Positions 1-10,842 are shown, numbered from the stretch's first letter. The stretch: DNA of 64,000 nucleotides from an uncultured Acidobacteriota bacterium (GCA_963770895.1 CAVYRF010000002.1:5504001-5568000), one strand, 5' to 3'. The notes: generated from the letters alone by a model not told the origin. Program-made: numbers and translations.

Positions 1-2
1 CG

Positions 3-662
3 GGCACCGTCGAGATCGACGGCGTGGCGATCGAGCGGCTGGGCAACCGCGAGATCACCGAATTTCGCCGCCGCTTCGGCATGGCGTTTCAAGAGGGCGC
101 GCTGTTCGATTCGATGAACGTGTTCGACAACGTGGCGTTCCCCCTGCGCCGGCTGTCGCGCAAGTCGGCGGGGGAGATCCGCCAGCGGGTGGAGGAGTGC
201 CTGGCGCTGGTGCGGCTGGAAGGGCTGGGCCCGAAGGACATCTCGGAGCTGTCGGGCGGCATGCGGCGGCGGGTCGGCTTCGCGCGCGCCATCGCGCACG
301 AACCCGAGATCCTGCTGTTCGACGAGCCGACGACCGGTCTGGACCCGGTGACCACGGCGCTCATCGGGGAGGTCATCCGCGACATCGGCGAGCGGCTCAG
401 CACCACCATGGTGACGATCACCCACGACATGCAGGTGGCGTTTCGCGTCGCCGACCGCATCGCCATGCTGGATCGTGGCAAAATCATCGCCGAAGCGCCG
501 CCCGAAGAGTTCAAGCAGCTGGAGGATGCGCGCGTCCGGCAGTTCATTCACGGCGACGCGGAAGGACCGCTGTCCAGAGACATGCAGACAGGCAGGGAGG
601 ACGCGCCGGGCGCCAGGGATGGGGCGGCCGGCGCCGCGGAGGCCGGCGGCGACCGCCGCTGA
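3..662 (+). CDS. mlaF: ABC transporter ATP-binding protein, MlaF/Mkl type (5' partial)
   Basis: GMAFQEGALFDSMNV, LSGGMRRR signature, LLFDEPTTGLDP Walker B, ITHD; frame open to the window edge; precedes an MCE gene. Confidence 0.85.
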   Translation, partial: GTVEIDGVAIERLGNREITEFRRRFGMAFQEGALFDSMNVFDNVAFPLRRLSRKSAGEIRQRVEECLALVRLEGLGPKDISELSGGMRRRVGFARAIAHEPEILLFDEPTTGLDPVTTALIGEVIRDIGERLSTTMVTITHDMQVAFRVADRIAMLDRGKIIAEAPPEEFKQLEDARVRQFIHGDAEGPLSRDMQTGREDAPGARDGAAGAAEAGGDRR

Positions 663-722
663 CAAACACCAGGTTGGCGGCCGGCCGCACAAGGCCGGGT
701 CCGCTCGCTCGCGGGAGAGGTT

Positions 723-2192
723 ATGGCGCAAACGATCAAGGTCGGGCTCTTCGCAACCCTTTGCCTGGCCATTCTTGCGGTCTTGATCTGGAAGGTCGAA
801 GACATCGATCCGTTCCACAAGGGCGGGCGGCGCATCTACGCCATCTTTCCGTCGGTCGCCGGCCTGGACGACAAGTCGGCGGTGCGCATGGCCGGCGTGC
901 GCGTCGGCCGCGTGGACGGGATCACCCTGGCTTCCGACGGCCGCAGCGCCAAGGTGCGCCTGCAGCTGGAGCAGCCGGTGACGCTGACCGAAGGGGCCTC
1001 GGCGCGCATCGCCAACCTGGGCCTGCTGGGCGACAAATACGTCGAGCTGGTGCCGGGACCTGCCGGCGCGCCGGCGCTGCCGGCCGAAGCCGAGCTCAAG
1101 GGCACCACGCCGGTCAGCTTCGACGACGCCATGGCCAAGCTCGACAACATCGGCAGCTCGATCGAAAAGATGACCGGTTCGTTCGGCGGCGGCAACCTGG
1201 GAGGCAACATCAACAACCTGGTGCAGGATCTCCAGCTGACCAGCGCCGAGATCCGCGCCCTGGTGGCCGAAAACCGTGCAAACCTGGCTTCGACGGTGCG
1301 CAACTTCGACGCCTTGAGCGCCACGCTCGCCCGCGAGCTGCCGATGATCTCCGCCCAAACCCAGCGGGCGCTCGACCAGATCGCTTCGGTGATCGCCGAA
1401 AACCGCGGCGACCTGTCCGCCAGCATGGGCAACGTCAAGGAGATCACCGGCAGCCTGCAGACCTCGGTGGAAAACCTCAACAAGATCACCGGCGAGATCG
1501 CCAGCGGCCACGGCACGGTCGGCAAGCTGGTCAACAGCGAAGAGGCCTACAACAGCGCCGTCTCGACCCTCGACAGCATCAAGTCGGGCGTCGAAAGCCT
1601 GAGCGGCACGATCGGCGCCATCCAGCGCTTCAAGATGGACCTGGATCTGCAAGGCTACCTGTTGCAGCGCCAACCCAACACCTTTTCCGCCTCGCACAGC
1701 GCGTTCTCGGTGGTCATCGATCCGCAGGACAACCAGCGCCTGTACAAGGTCGGCATCGTCACCACCCCCGAAGGCACCACGCGCAACCGCATCGACACCG
1801 TCGCCTACACCTCGCCCACCGGCCAGACCTACAACGCCGTGGTCAACGACGTCATCACCGAAGACCACCTGCAATACGACGCCCTGCTGGGCTTTCACAC
1901 CGACAACGACCTGCGCTTCTGGGGCGGCATCATCGAAAGCACCGGCGGCGTACAGGTCGAATATCCCTTCCTGCGCCGCTACTGGCTCTCCTTCGAAGCT
2001 TTCGACTTCAACCGCCCCAACAACGAGCGAGCCCACCTCCGCCTGACCGCCAAGTGGCAGTTCCACCCCAACCTCTACGTCATCGGCGGCTACGACGACC
2101 CCCTGCAGCAGCGCGCCTTCTTCATCGGCGCCGGCATCCGCTGGAAGGACGACAACCTCAAGTACCTGCTGGGGGCGGCCTCCAAGTTCTAG
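723..2192 (+). CDS. MCE/MlaD family lipid transport substrate-binding protein
   Basis: N-terminal TM anchor (KVGLF...), MCE motifs AGL..VRMAGVRVGRV and GLLGDKYVEL, coiled-coil region, C-terminal beta-rich region; GGGAGAGG RBS. Confidence 0.9.
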   Translation: MAQTIKVGLFATLCLAILAVLIWKVEDIDPFHKGGRRIYAIFPSVAGLDDKSAVRMAGVRVGRVDGITLASDGRSAKVRLQLEQPVTLTEGASARIANLGLLGDKYVELVPGPAGAPALPAEAELKGTTPVSFDDAMAKLDNIGSSIEKMTGSFGGGNLGGNINNLVQDLQLTSAEIRALVAENRANLASTVRNFDALSATLARELPMISAQTQRALDQIASVIAENRGDLSASMGNVKEITGSLQTSVENLNKITGEIASGHGTVGKLVNSEEAYNSAVSTLDSIKSGVESLSGTIGAIQRFKMDLDLQGYLLQRQPNTFSASHSAFSVVIDPQDNQRLYKVGIVTTPEGTTRNRIDTVAYTSPTGQTYNAVVNDVITEDHLQYDALLGFHTDNDLRFWGGIIESTGGVQVEYPFLRRYWLSFEAFDFNRPNNERAHLRLTAKWQFHPNLYVIGGYDDPLQQRAFFIGAGIRWKDDNLKYLLGAASKF

Positions 2193-2257
2193 CGGCACTT
2201 TCCATGACTCCTGCAAGCAGGCGAGGCGTCGAATTGGCATAGACTAAGAAGCCAATC

Positions 2258-3619
2258 ATGCCTTACCCCCTGCCCGAGAGGGACTGGCGCGATCTGCTGC
2301 GCCGGGTCCACCATCGCCAGGTCATCCCGGTGGTGGGGCCCAGCCTTGTTACGGTGCCCGACCCGGCGAGCGGCGAACTGGTTCCCCTGCACCGGCACCT
2401 CGCGCCCTCGCTCGCTCGCGGGCTGGGTCTGGCCGCGCCTGAGAGCTTCACGTCCTGGAACGACGTCGCGCGCGCCCACCTTCTGGGAGGTGGCAAGCGC
2501 GAGCTCGTTTACGACGAGCTGCGCGCGCTCCTCGACCAGGTGCCGGCCGACCCGCCCCCTGCCTTGCTGGCGCTGGCGAGCATCACCGACTTCGATCTCT
2601 TCATCAGCAGCACTCCGGACGGCCTCCTCGCGCACGCGCTCAGGCGCCAGAGACCGGAATTCTCGCCGAAAACGGGCGTCATCCGCTTTCATCCACGCGG
2701 TCTTGGCGGCGAGTCTTGCGATCTGCCGGCGAAGTTCAATGGTCCGCTCCTGCACCACATCCTGGGCGACGCCGACACCTACCCGGACTTCGCGGTGTGG
2801 GAAGAGGACTACATGGAGTTCATCTGCGGCTTGCTCGAACAGGCAGATACGCTCGAGAATCTCTTTCGCGTCCTCAAGAGCCGTCACCTCCTGCTGCTGG
2901 GCGCCCCGTCGGAGGACTGGATCGTGCGCTTCTTCCTGCGAGTGGCACGCCAGCAGCGGCTGTCCGAGTGCAACCAGCACGACTACCTTGCCGATCAGGC
3001 CGCGAGTCTGGGCGATCCGATGATCCTCTTCTTCGACCAGGCGGTGAAGGCGGCGCGCGTGATCGCCGGTCCGCCCGCGGCATTCGTCCAGACCTTGGAG
3101 TGCGCTTGGCGCGAGAAATACGGCGCGGCAGGCAGCGACGAGGAGTTCCTTGGTCGGATGCCGGCAGAGATTCCCCGCGGCGCCGTCTTCATCAGCTATG
3201 CGCGCGACGATCTCGGTGCGGCCGTCAAGCTCGCGCGGGCGCTTGAGAGCGCCGGTGTGCCGGTGTGGCTGGACAGGATCCGCCTGGAGGTTGGCGCCAA
3301 CTACGAGCGCAGCCTGCAGCACGAGGTCAAGGACGCCTGCAGCTTCTTCATCTCGCTCATCTCCAAGGCGACGGAAGCCGATCCGTTACGGTATGTCCAC
3401 CGTGAACGCGCCTGGGCAGCACAGCGGCACGTCGACGGATTCGTTTTCTACCTGCCCCTGGTGCTCGACCTGGACGAAGCGACGCCGGCTCGCCTCGAGC
3501 CCGAGTGCATCCGCCAGAGCCACTACGATCGGTGGAACGATACGACCCTCGGCAACTTCGTGCTGCGCGTGCGGGACCTGGTGGACGAGTTCCGGCGCGC
3601 GGGGCGGCCTCGGGGTTGA
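2258..3619 (+). CDS. SIR2-like domain + C-terminal TIR domain protein
   Basis: N-terminal VIPVVGP / LHHILG / LLLLG..DW..RFFLR SIR2_2-like pattern; TIR motif VFISYARDD..VWLDR..FISLIS..YVHRE. Confidence 0.8.
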   Translation: MPYPLPERDWRDLLRRVHHRQVIPVVGPSLVTVPDPASGELVPLHRHLAPSLARGLGLAAPESFTSWNDVARAHLLGGGKRELVYDELRALLDQVPADPPPALLALASITDFDLFISSTPDGLLAHALRRQRPEFSPKTGVIRFHPRGLGGESCDLPAKFNGPLLHHILGDADTYPDFAVWEEDYMEFICGLLEQADTLENLFRVLKSRHLLLLGAPSEDWIVRFFLRVARQQRLSECNQHDYLADQAASLGDPMILFFDQAVKAARVIAGPPAAFVQTLECAWREKYGAAGSDEEFLGRMPAEIPRGAVFISYARDDLGAAVKLARALESAGVPVWLDRIRLEVGANYERSLQHEVKDACSFFISLISKATEADPLRYVHRERAWAAQRHVDGFVFYLPLVLDLDEATPARLEPECIRQSHYDRWNDTTLGNFVLRVRDLVDEFRRAGRPRG

Positions 3620-6240
3620 TGCCGATGGCCGAAAGAGGCTCAGACCCGAAGGTCGATCCAGAGCTGCCCTGGCTCGGCCTGCTGCCGTTCACCGAGGCAA
3701 CCCAACGCTTCTTCTTCGGCCGCAACCAGGAGATTTTGGAGGGTTTCCTGCGCGTGCGCGAGCACCCGCTGACGGTGCTCTACGGCCCGTCGGGTCTGGG
3801 CAAGAGCTCCCTGCTCGGCGCCGGACTGATCCCCAAGCTGCGCGTCGAGGGCTACCGGCCCGTCCTCATCCGGCTGCGCTTCGAGGATGGCGATCCGCCG
3901 CTTCTTGCACAGGTCGAGGGGGCGCTTGCCGCGCTGCTGCAAGCGCGCGGCGATGCAGTGGCGGTCGGCAGGGGAGAGGCGGGCCGATCCACGGATCCGA
4001 CCCTGTGGGAGCGCTTCCACCACCTGGCGACACGGCCACCCGATCTGGCCGCCGCGCCGCCGGTGCTGCTCTTCGACCAGTTCGAAGAGGTGTTCACCCT
4101 TGCCGAGCGTTCGGCCGCGCGCCAGGGCGAGGCCAAGGCTCTCTTCGACCAGCTGGCCGACCTGATCGAGAACCGGCCGCCCGCCCCGCTCCAGGATCGC
4201 CTGCGGGTGCAGCGCGAGCTGGCGCGGGATTTCGACTTCGCGGCCAGCCCCGTGCGCGTCGTGCTGACGCTGCGCGAGGACTACCTGTCGCAGCTCGAAG
4301 CCTGGAAGAAAGTGCTGCCAGCGCTGATGCGCAACCGCATGGGCCTGCGCCTCCTCGACGGAGTCAACGCCCTGGCCGCCGTCGTCGAGCCCGGACGCCT
4401 GGGCGATCACCAGCTGGTCAGCCGCAGCGTCGGCGAGCGCATCGTGCGCTTCGTCGCCCGGCGTCCCGAAGGCACCCCGCTTGCGGAGATCGGCGCGGTC
4501 CCCCCCTTGCTCAGCCTGCTCTGTTACGAGCTCAACGCAGCGCGCATCGCAGCGGGGGCAGCAGTCGTCGGCGCCGAGCAGGTGGACCAGCAAGGCACCG
4601 ATATCCTGCAAAATTTCTACGACCGCAGCTTCACCGGGTTGGGCCCAGCGGTCCGCAGCTACGTCGAAGACCGCATGATCACCGTCGGCGGCCACCGCAA
4701 CGCGGTGGCTCGCGAGGACGCCGTTGCCGCTCTTCTCGATGCCGGTGTCGAGCATCCCGCGGCTGCCCTGGACCAGCTGGTGGATGGGCGCCTGCTGGCG
4801 GCGGAAGACTTGGGAGGGCTCCAGCGGCTGGAGATCAGCCACGACGTGCTGGCGCCGCTCGCGGAGCGCTCGCGCGAGCAGCGGCGGGCGCGGGAACGCG
4901 CCGAGCGCGCCGAGGCCGAGGAGCGCGAGGCGGCGGCGCGCGAGGCGGCCGCCCGGCGTCAGCGCGCCCGCCTGCGCTGGATTGTCGTGGCCATGTCGGT
5001 CCTTGCCCTGGCCGCATTGATACTCGCCGGCGCCGCCTATCGCGCCGGCCAGCGGGCGGCGAGACTGCTTGAAGAGGCTTCGCGCAAGGCGACAGGGAGC
5101 GCCCTATCGAGCTTCGACCGGCAGGACCCTCGCGCCGGCATGGCCTACCTGGCGGAGGCCATCCGTTATCGCCCCGACGACGTTTTTCCGCGAACCGCTG
5201 CAGCTTCCTACCTGCTCAGGCTGCCGACGATCGCACCCATGCTGGTGGGCGAGCCCCTGCACCACGACGGGTGGGTGACGGCAGCGAGCTTCAGTCCCGA
5301 TAGCCGCTTGGTGGTGACGGCGAGCACGAACAATACGGCGCGAGTATGGGAGGTGGCGAGCGGTCGACCGGTCGGCGCGTCCCTGCGCCATGCCGACACG
5401 GTCTGGGCTGCGAGCTTCAGTCCCAATGGCCGCTGGGTGGTGACGGCGAGCGCGGACAAGACGGCGCGGGTGTGGGATGCGGCGAGCGGCCGACCGGTCG
5501 GCGAGCCCCTACGCCATGCCGACAGGGTGACGGCTGCGAGCTTCAGTCCCGATGGTCGCTGGGTGGTGACGGCGAGCGATGACCATACGGCGCGAGTGTG
5601 GGATGCGGCGAGCGGCCGACCGGTCGGCGAGCCCCTACGCCATGCCGACAGGGTGACGGCAGCGAGCTTCAGTCCCGATAGCCGCTTGGTGGTGACGGCG
5701 AGCGATGACCATACGGCGCGAGTATGGGAGGCGGCGAGCGGTCGACCGATCGCGAAACCCCTGCGTCATGGCGGCACGGTACTGGCAGCGAGCTTCAGTC
5801 CTGATGGCCGCTGGGTGGTGACGGCGAGCGATGCCGGCACGGCGCGAGTATGGGAGGTGGCGAGCGGTCGACCGGTCGGCGAGCCCCTGCGCCATGACGG
5901 CGCAGTCTGGGCAGCGAGCTTCAGTCCCGATGGTCGCTGGGTGGTGACGGCGAGCGATGACCATACGGCGCGAGTGTGGGAGGCGGCAAGCGGTCGTCTT
6001 GTCGGCGAGCCCTTACGCCATGGCGACAAGGTGGGGGTTGCGAGCTTCAGTCCCGATGGTCGCTGGGTGGTGACGGCGAGCGATGACAAAACGGTGCGAG
6101 TGTGGGAGGCGGCTAGCGGTCGACCGGTCGGCGAGCCCCTGCGCCATGGTGGGAGTGTGCTGGCTGCGAGCTTCAGTTCCGATGGTCGCTGGGTGGTGAC
6201 GGCGAGCGCGGACAAGACGGTGTGGATGTGGGAGGCGGCG
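3619..6240 (+). pseudogene. NLR-like STAND (nSTAND1-type) NTPase-TM-WD40 protein, 5' part, interrupted by IS4
   Basis: ATG overlaps the upstream stop (TGATG); PWLGL..F..FFGR, Walker A GPSGLGKSS, Walker B LLFDQFEEVF, LREDY, EISHD; TM helix WIVVAMSVLALAALILAG; 8 WD40 repeats before the IS. Confidence 0.88.
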
Positions 6241-7685
6241 CAGTAATGTCCGGTTAGAAGTCGAACAGAATGAGTTGGTTAGCCGCAGTGCGCAGTTCTC
6301 GCTGGGACCGGTCAGGCTGGAAAGCGCATGAAACCTCGGTTTTCTCGAAGACCGAGACCGACAAGATCTGTAGACATGTGTAGAGCGAGGCATCGAGTTG
6401 AAGCTCCTTCTTAAGGATGGCAATCAGCACGTAGGTCGCGACGGCGCACCAGATTTGCGTCTTCACGGCGTTCTCGCTGGTGCCCAGGAATCGCTTGATG
6501 CGCAGATGTTGCTTGATCCACTTGAAGAACAGCTCGACCTGCCATCGGCTCTTGTACAAGGCAGCGATCGCCAACGGTGGCAAAGTCGTGTTGTTTGTCA
6601 GGAAAACAAGCGTCTTGCCCGAAAAGGGGTCCTTGAAACGGACGCGCCGCAAATGCTCCGGGTAGGCCTTGGCCGAGTAGAAGCCATTGAGCATCACGCG
6701 CTGGTCGCAGATCACGCCAGTGGCGCGTTGCGTCTCAAACGAATACACCCGCCGGGCGGCCATTCCATGCTTGGCGCGGGTGACGAAGAAGGCTCCGGTC
6801 TGATGCATCGCATAGAGCCGCGCGAAGTCGACATAGCCGCGATCCATGACGTAGAAGGCTCCAGCCTCGACGGGCAGGATGTCGAGCACGTTCACATCGT
6901 GAAGTTTGCCGTCGCTGATGAGGATGAACGTTGGAATCGCGCCGCGCAGGTCCAGAAGCGTATGCAGCTTGACCGCCGCCCTGGTCGATTGAAACGGCGC
7001 CCAGTCGAACAGGCTCAGGCACAGATCGATGGTGGTGGAGTCGAGGGCGTAGACGCTGGTGTCGAGATCGAGGACCGAAGGCTCTTGCGCATAGAGTGCT
7101 CTGGCGCGCACGATCAGCCGCTGAGCCAGCGCCTGATAGATACGCCAGTCGCGACGCTCGAGCGCGTCGGCCAGCGTCGAGCGGGCGGGCGCTGCCTTGA
7201 TTCCCATGTGGAAGAGCTTGCCTTGATTGGCAGCGAGGCAAGCCTCGATGTCGCGCAGAGACTCGCGCCAAGTGAGCTGCGCGAAGGCCATGATACGGAA
7301 CAGGTCGGCGCAACTGAGGGTACGAACGCCAGCATCGCCCTTGTGTCGCTCGATGATGCGTCCGAAGGTCTTCCAGGGGACGAACTCCATCACCTGTGCG
7401 AACAGCGTCTTGCCCACGTTCATGCGTCACCTCGGATCGGTCTGACCCGAGAGCATCGCAAATCGTCTGCTCAAGATGGGGCATCGCGGTGAAGTGCGGG
7501 GAGCGTGCCTCAGGCCTCAACCGCGGTCTCGAGCCGTCGAGCTCGGAGCCGCCCTTTGCACCGGACTCCAGGTCATCCTGTACGCAAGGCCAGGAATTCA
7601 AATCGTGGACACCCATCGGAGGCCGCAAGTGCCAGTCACTGCCACGTTTGTGGCAACAGGTCGCCAAAACAACCGGACACTACTG
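6241..7685 (-). mobile_element. IS4-family insertion sequence (1445 bp)
   Basis: IRs CAGTAATGTCCGGTT (6241-6255) and AACCGGACACTACTG (7671-7685), 14/15 match; 9-bp target duplication GAGGCGGCG at 6232-6240 and 7686-7694. Confidence 0.95.
6254..7423 (-). CDS. IS4 family transposase (DUF4372 + DDE)
   Basis: MNVGKTLFAQV start, ALDSTTIDL, MDRGY, YKSRWQVELFFKWIKQHLRIK. Confidence 0.95.
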   Translation of the reverse strand: MNVGKTLFAQVMEFVPWKTFGRIIERHKGDAGVRTLSCADLFRIMAFAQLTWRESLRDIEACLAANQGKLFHMGIKAAPARSTLADALERRDWRIYQALAQRLIVRARALYAQEPSVLDLDTSVYALDSTTIDLCLSLFDWAPFQSTRAAVKLHTLLDLRGAIPTFILISDGKLHDVNVLDILPVEAGAFYVMDRGYVDFARLYAMHQTGAFFVTRAKHGMAARRVYSFETQRATGVICDQRVMLNGFYSAKAYPEHLRRVRFKDPFSGKTLVFLTNNTTLPPLAIAALYKSRWQVELFFKWIKQHLRIKRFLGTSENAVKTQIWCAVATYVLIAILKKELQLDASLYTCLQILSVSVFEKTEVSCAFQPDRSQRELRTAANQLILFDF

Positions 7686-7694
7686 GAGGCGGCG

Positions 7695-9266
7695 AGTAGT
7701 CGACCGGTCGGCGAGCCCCTGCGCCATGACCGGAAGGTGAGGGCAGCGAGCTTCAGTCCCGATGGCCGTTGGGTGGTGACGGCGAGCGCGGACGGTATGG
7801 CGCGAGTGTGGGAGGCGGCTAGCGGTCAACCGGTCGGCGAGTACCTGCGCCATGAAGGCTCGGTTTTGGCAGCGAGCTTCAGTCCCAATGGCCGCTGGGT
7901 GGTGACGGCGAGCGCGGACGGGACGGCGCAGGTGTGGGAGCCGGTGAGCGGTCGTCGGGTCGGTGCGCCCCTGCGCCATGACTCCACGATCTGGGCTGCG
8001 AGCTTCAGTCCTGATGGCCGCTGGGTGGTGACGGCGAGCGCGGATCATACGGCGCGGGTGTGGGAAGCGGCGAGCGGTCGCCTTGTCGGCAAGCCCCTGC
8101 GCCATGAAGGCTCGGTTTTGGCTGCGAGGTTCAGTCCCGATGGCCGCTGGGTGGTGACGGCGAGCGATGATCATACGGCGCGACTGTGGGAGGCGGCGAG
8201 CGGTCGAGCGGTCGGCGAGCCCCTACACCATGGCGGCAAGGTGACGGATGCGAGGTTCAGTCCCGATGGCCGTTGGGTGGTGACGGCGAGCGCGGACGGG
8301 ACGGCGCGGGTGTGGGAGGCGGCGAACGGTCAGGCGGTCGGTAAGCCGCTGCGCCATGGCTCCTTCGTGCTGTCTGCGAGCTTCAGTCCCGATGGCCTCT
8401 GGGTGGTGACGGCGAGCGCGGACGGGACGGCGCAGGTGTGGGAGGCGGCGAATGGTCAGGCGGTCGGTAAGCCGTTGCGCCATGGCTCCTTCGTGCTGTC
8501 TGCGAGCTTCAGTCCCAACGGCCTCTGGGTGGTGACGGCGAGCGGTGACCGTACGGCGCAAGTGTGGGAGGCGGCGAGTGGTCGACCGGTCGGCGAGCCC
8601 CTGCGCCATGGCCGCACGGTCTGGGCAGCGAGCTTCAGTCCCGATGGCCGCTGGGTGGTGACGGCAAGCGATGACCAGACAGCGCGGGTGTGGGAGGCGC
8701 CGAGTGGTGATCTGGGTAAGGCCGCGTCCTCTGCGCTGATGGCGGTCGCAGGCCGCCGGGTTTCCGACGATGGCTTGCTGGTAGACGTGCCCCTCAAGGA
8801 CCGCTTGGAGTGGCGCGAACGGCTTCGGGCCAAACCCCAGGACGGCGCGGAGGGGGATCGCATCCTGCGTTGGTATCTGGCTCAACCGCGCACGCGCCTA
8901 ATCTCGCCACGCGCCACGCTCACAGTGCCGCAGCTGATCGAGCGCGAGATCGATTGGGGAATGGCTCACCTGCTGGAAGACCCCGACAGCGTTTTCAACG
9001 CTGCCTACGACCTCGACCCCGCTCATCCGCTGATCCTCTTCGCCCTGAGTGCGATCGAGCACAACCCGGCGACTCTCAAGCTGTATCGCGACCTCGGCCT
9101 GAAGCGCCTGCCCGCGGATGCGCGCCTCTGCACCCGCGCCGCGGAGATCCTGAAGGCCGCGGGCGACCGGCCGCGCGCCGCCGCCGCTGCCGAGAAGGCG
9201 CTTGCCCTCGATCCGCGCTACCCCCCGGCTCTGGCCGTGCGAACCTGGGCTGCCGCGGGCCATTGA
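7695..9266 (+). pseudogene. 3' part of the STAND-WD40 gene: 8 WD40 repeats + helical/TPR-like C-terminus
   Basis: Removing the IS and one TSD copy rejoins the frame (..WEAA|SSRPVGEPLRH..), giving about 1397 aa; C-terminal AAEKALALDP TPR-like motif. Confidence 0.88.
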
Positions 9267-9639
9267 AGAGCAGGAAGCCCACGCCGCGCGAGAAGCACCG
9301 CGGCTCGAGCCAGCGCCTACCCCTCGCATTGCGCCGCCTTCTTCTTTTACAGGAAATCGGCTGAGTCGCGGGCTGGTGCGGCTCAGGATACTCACCGGCG
9401 CGACTGCCAGGTCGAGCGCAGCCCGCGGTGTTGCGGAAGGGAGATGGGCTCGGAAAGGGCGTTGCGGCGGCGCGGGCAGGTTGTGGCGAGGAGGCGTGCG
9501 TCAGCTGGGTGGGTGACGAGCCGCCTGCGGCGCTGCGCTCCACGCGGCCGTGGCAGTCCCGCCGGCGTTTGCCGGTGCGGGAATCCTCCAACCATGTCCG
9601 TCCACTATGGTGACGGGGAGTCACGCCGACAAGGAGAGG

Positions 9640-10629
9640 ATGCCCATGGCCGGACCGCTCAACTTCGCCCAGATCAAGACCGAGATCGCCGACAAGCTCG
9701 ACATCCTTGACCGCACGCACGCAGCGCGGATGGCGGTGAGGGGCTACAACGCCGCTCCCGTCCCCCAACAGGCTGTGGAGCTTGCCGCCGTGCCTGCACT
9801 CGGCGCGGCGCCGGCAGCGCCGGGTCGCCGCACCTTTTCGCTGCTGGCACAGGGCGACTCCTGGTTCGATTATCCGCCGGGCACGGATCTCATCGACTGC
9901 TTGCACTCGAATCACGGCCATCGCATCACCAATATCGCCGTGGCCGGATCCACTTTAAATGACGAAGCCTACGGGCCGGTCCCGCGTGAGCTCTTCGGAC
10001 TGCCCTTCGGCTCGCCGCAGTCCGACGACCCATCGCGAATCGTCGAGTTGGTGCATCGCATCCAGACCGACAGGCCGCAGGGACTCCTGCTTTCCGCCGG
10101 GGGCAACGACGTGGCTGGCGACCCATTCTTCTCGTTCCTCAACAATTCCGAATCAGGCCTCAACCCGCTCAACCCCCAGGTGCTGCAGGGTGTTGTCACC
10201 GAGACGTTCCAAGCTGGCTACGAATACATCATTGATCATGCTCTGGCCGCCGCCCAGGAGGTCCACATCACCCTGCCGATCTTCCTCCACGGCTACGACT
10301 ATCCCTGGCCCGATGGCCGCGCGGTCATCTCTTTCCTTGGCTGGGGAGTCGGTCCCTGGTTCGATCCCGTGTTCAAGGTCAAGAACTTCCCCAACAACAA
10401 CGCGCAGGACCTGCAGCGGCGCCACGACATCCTGATACCGCTCATCGATGCCGTGAACGCGATGCAGCTGGCCCTGGCGCAGAAATATCCTGGGCAGGTC
10501 TTCCACGTGGACCTCACCCACACGCTCCAAACCCAAGGCGATTGGGCTAACGAGCTGCATCCGGGCAACCCCGGATTTGCCGCCCTCGCCGCCAAGATCG
10601 ACGCCAGCCTGCAACAGCACATGCCCTAG
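9640..10629 (+). CDS. SGNH/GDSL hydrolase family protein
   Basis: GDSWF block I, SAGGND block III, HGYDY, WANELHP catalytic His motif; [12 protein letters not shown]. Confidence 0.8.
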   Translation: MPMAGPLNFAQIKTEIADKLDILDRTHAARMAVRGYNAAPVPQQAVELAAVPALGAAPAAPGRRTFSLLAQGDSWFDYPPGTDLIDCLHSNHGHRITNIAVAGSTLNDEAYGPVPRELFGLPFGSPQSDDPSRIVELVHRIQTDRPQGLLLSAGGNDVAGDPFFSFLNNSESGLNPLNPQVLQGVVTETFQAGYEYIIDHALAAAQEVHITLPIFLHGYDYPWPDGRAVISFLGWGVGPWFDPVFKVKNFPNNNAQDLQRRHDILIPLIDAVNAMQLALAQKYPGQVFHVDLTHTLQTQGDWANELHPGNPGFAALAAKIDASLQQHMP

Positions 10630-10842
10630 AGTGATCGTCGCGGCTGGTTGCGGACGCGGCCGCCGGCTTAGGCCGTTGGCCGTGGTGGCGCCGGGGAGGG
10701 CTCGGGCTGCCGGTGGCCGACGCACCGCGGCGGGTGCAGTGCCAGCGCGGTCGAGAAGGTGCCATCTGAGGTCTTAACTGGGCTCCCAGCCTGGCCGCAG
10801 CGGGATTCGGCTATCATCAGCCCGAGGACAGCAGAGGGAGGT

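Larger units (their letters stand above)
5251..8700 (+). repeat. Array of 16 highly similar 126-bp (42-aa) WD40 repeats, 8 on each side of the IS4
   Basis: Unit EPLRHxxxVxAASFSPDGRWVVTASxDxTARVWEAASGRPVG; period of 126 nt (e.g. 5251 to 5503 = 2 units). Confidence 0.95.

Noticed and set aside
5251-8700. WD40 repeats as a DGR template/variable pair or CRISPR
   Set aside because: Coding tandem repeats; differences are not adenine-specific and there is no reverse transcriptase in the window
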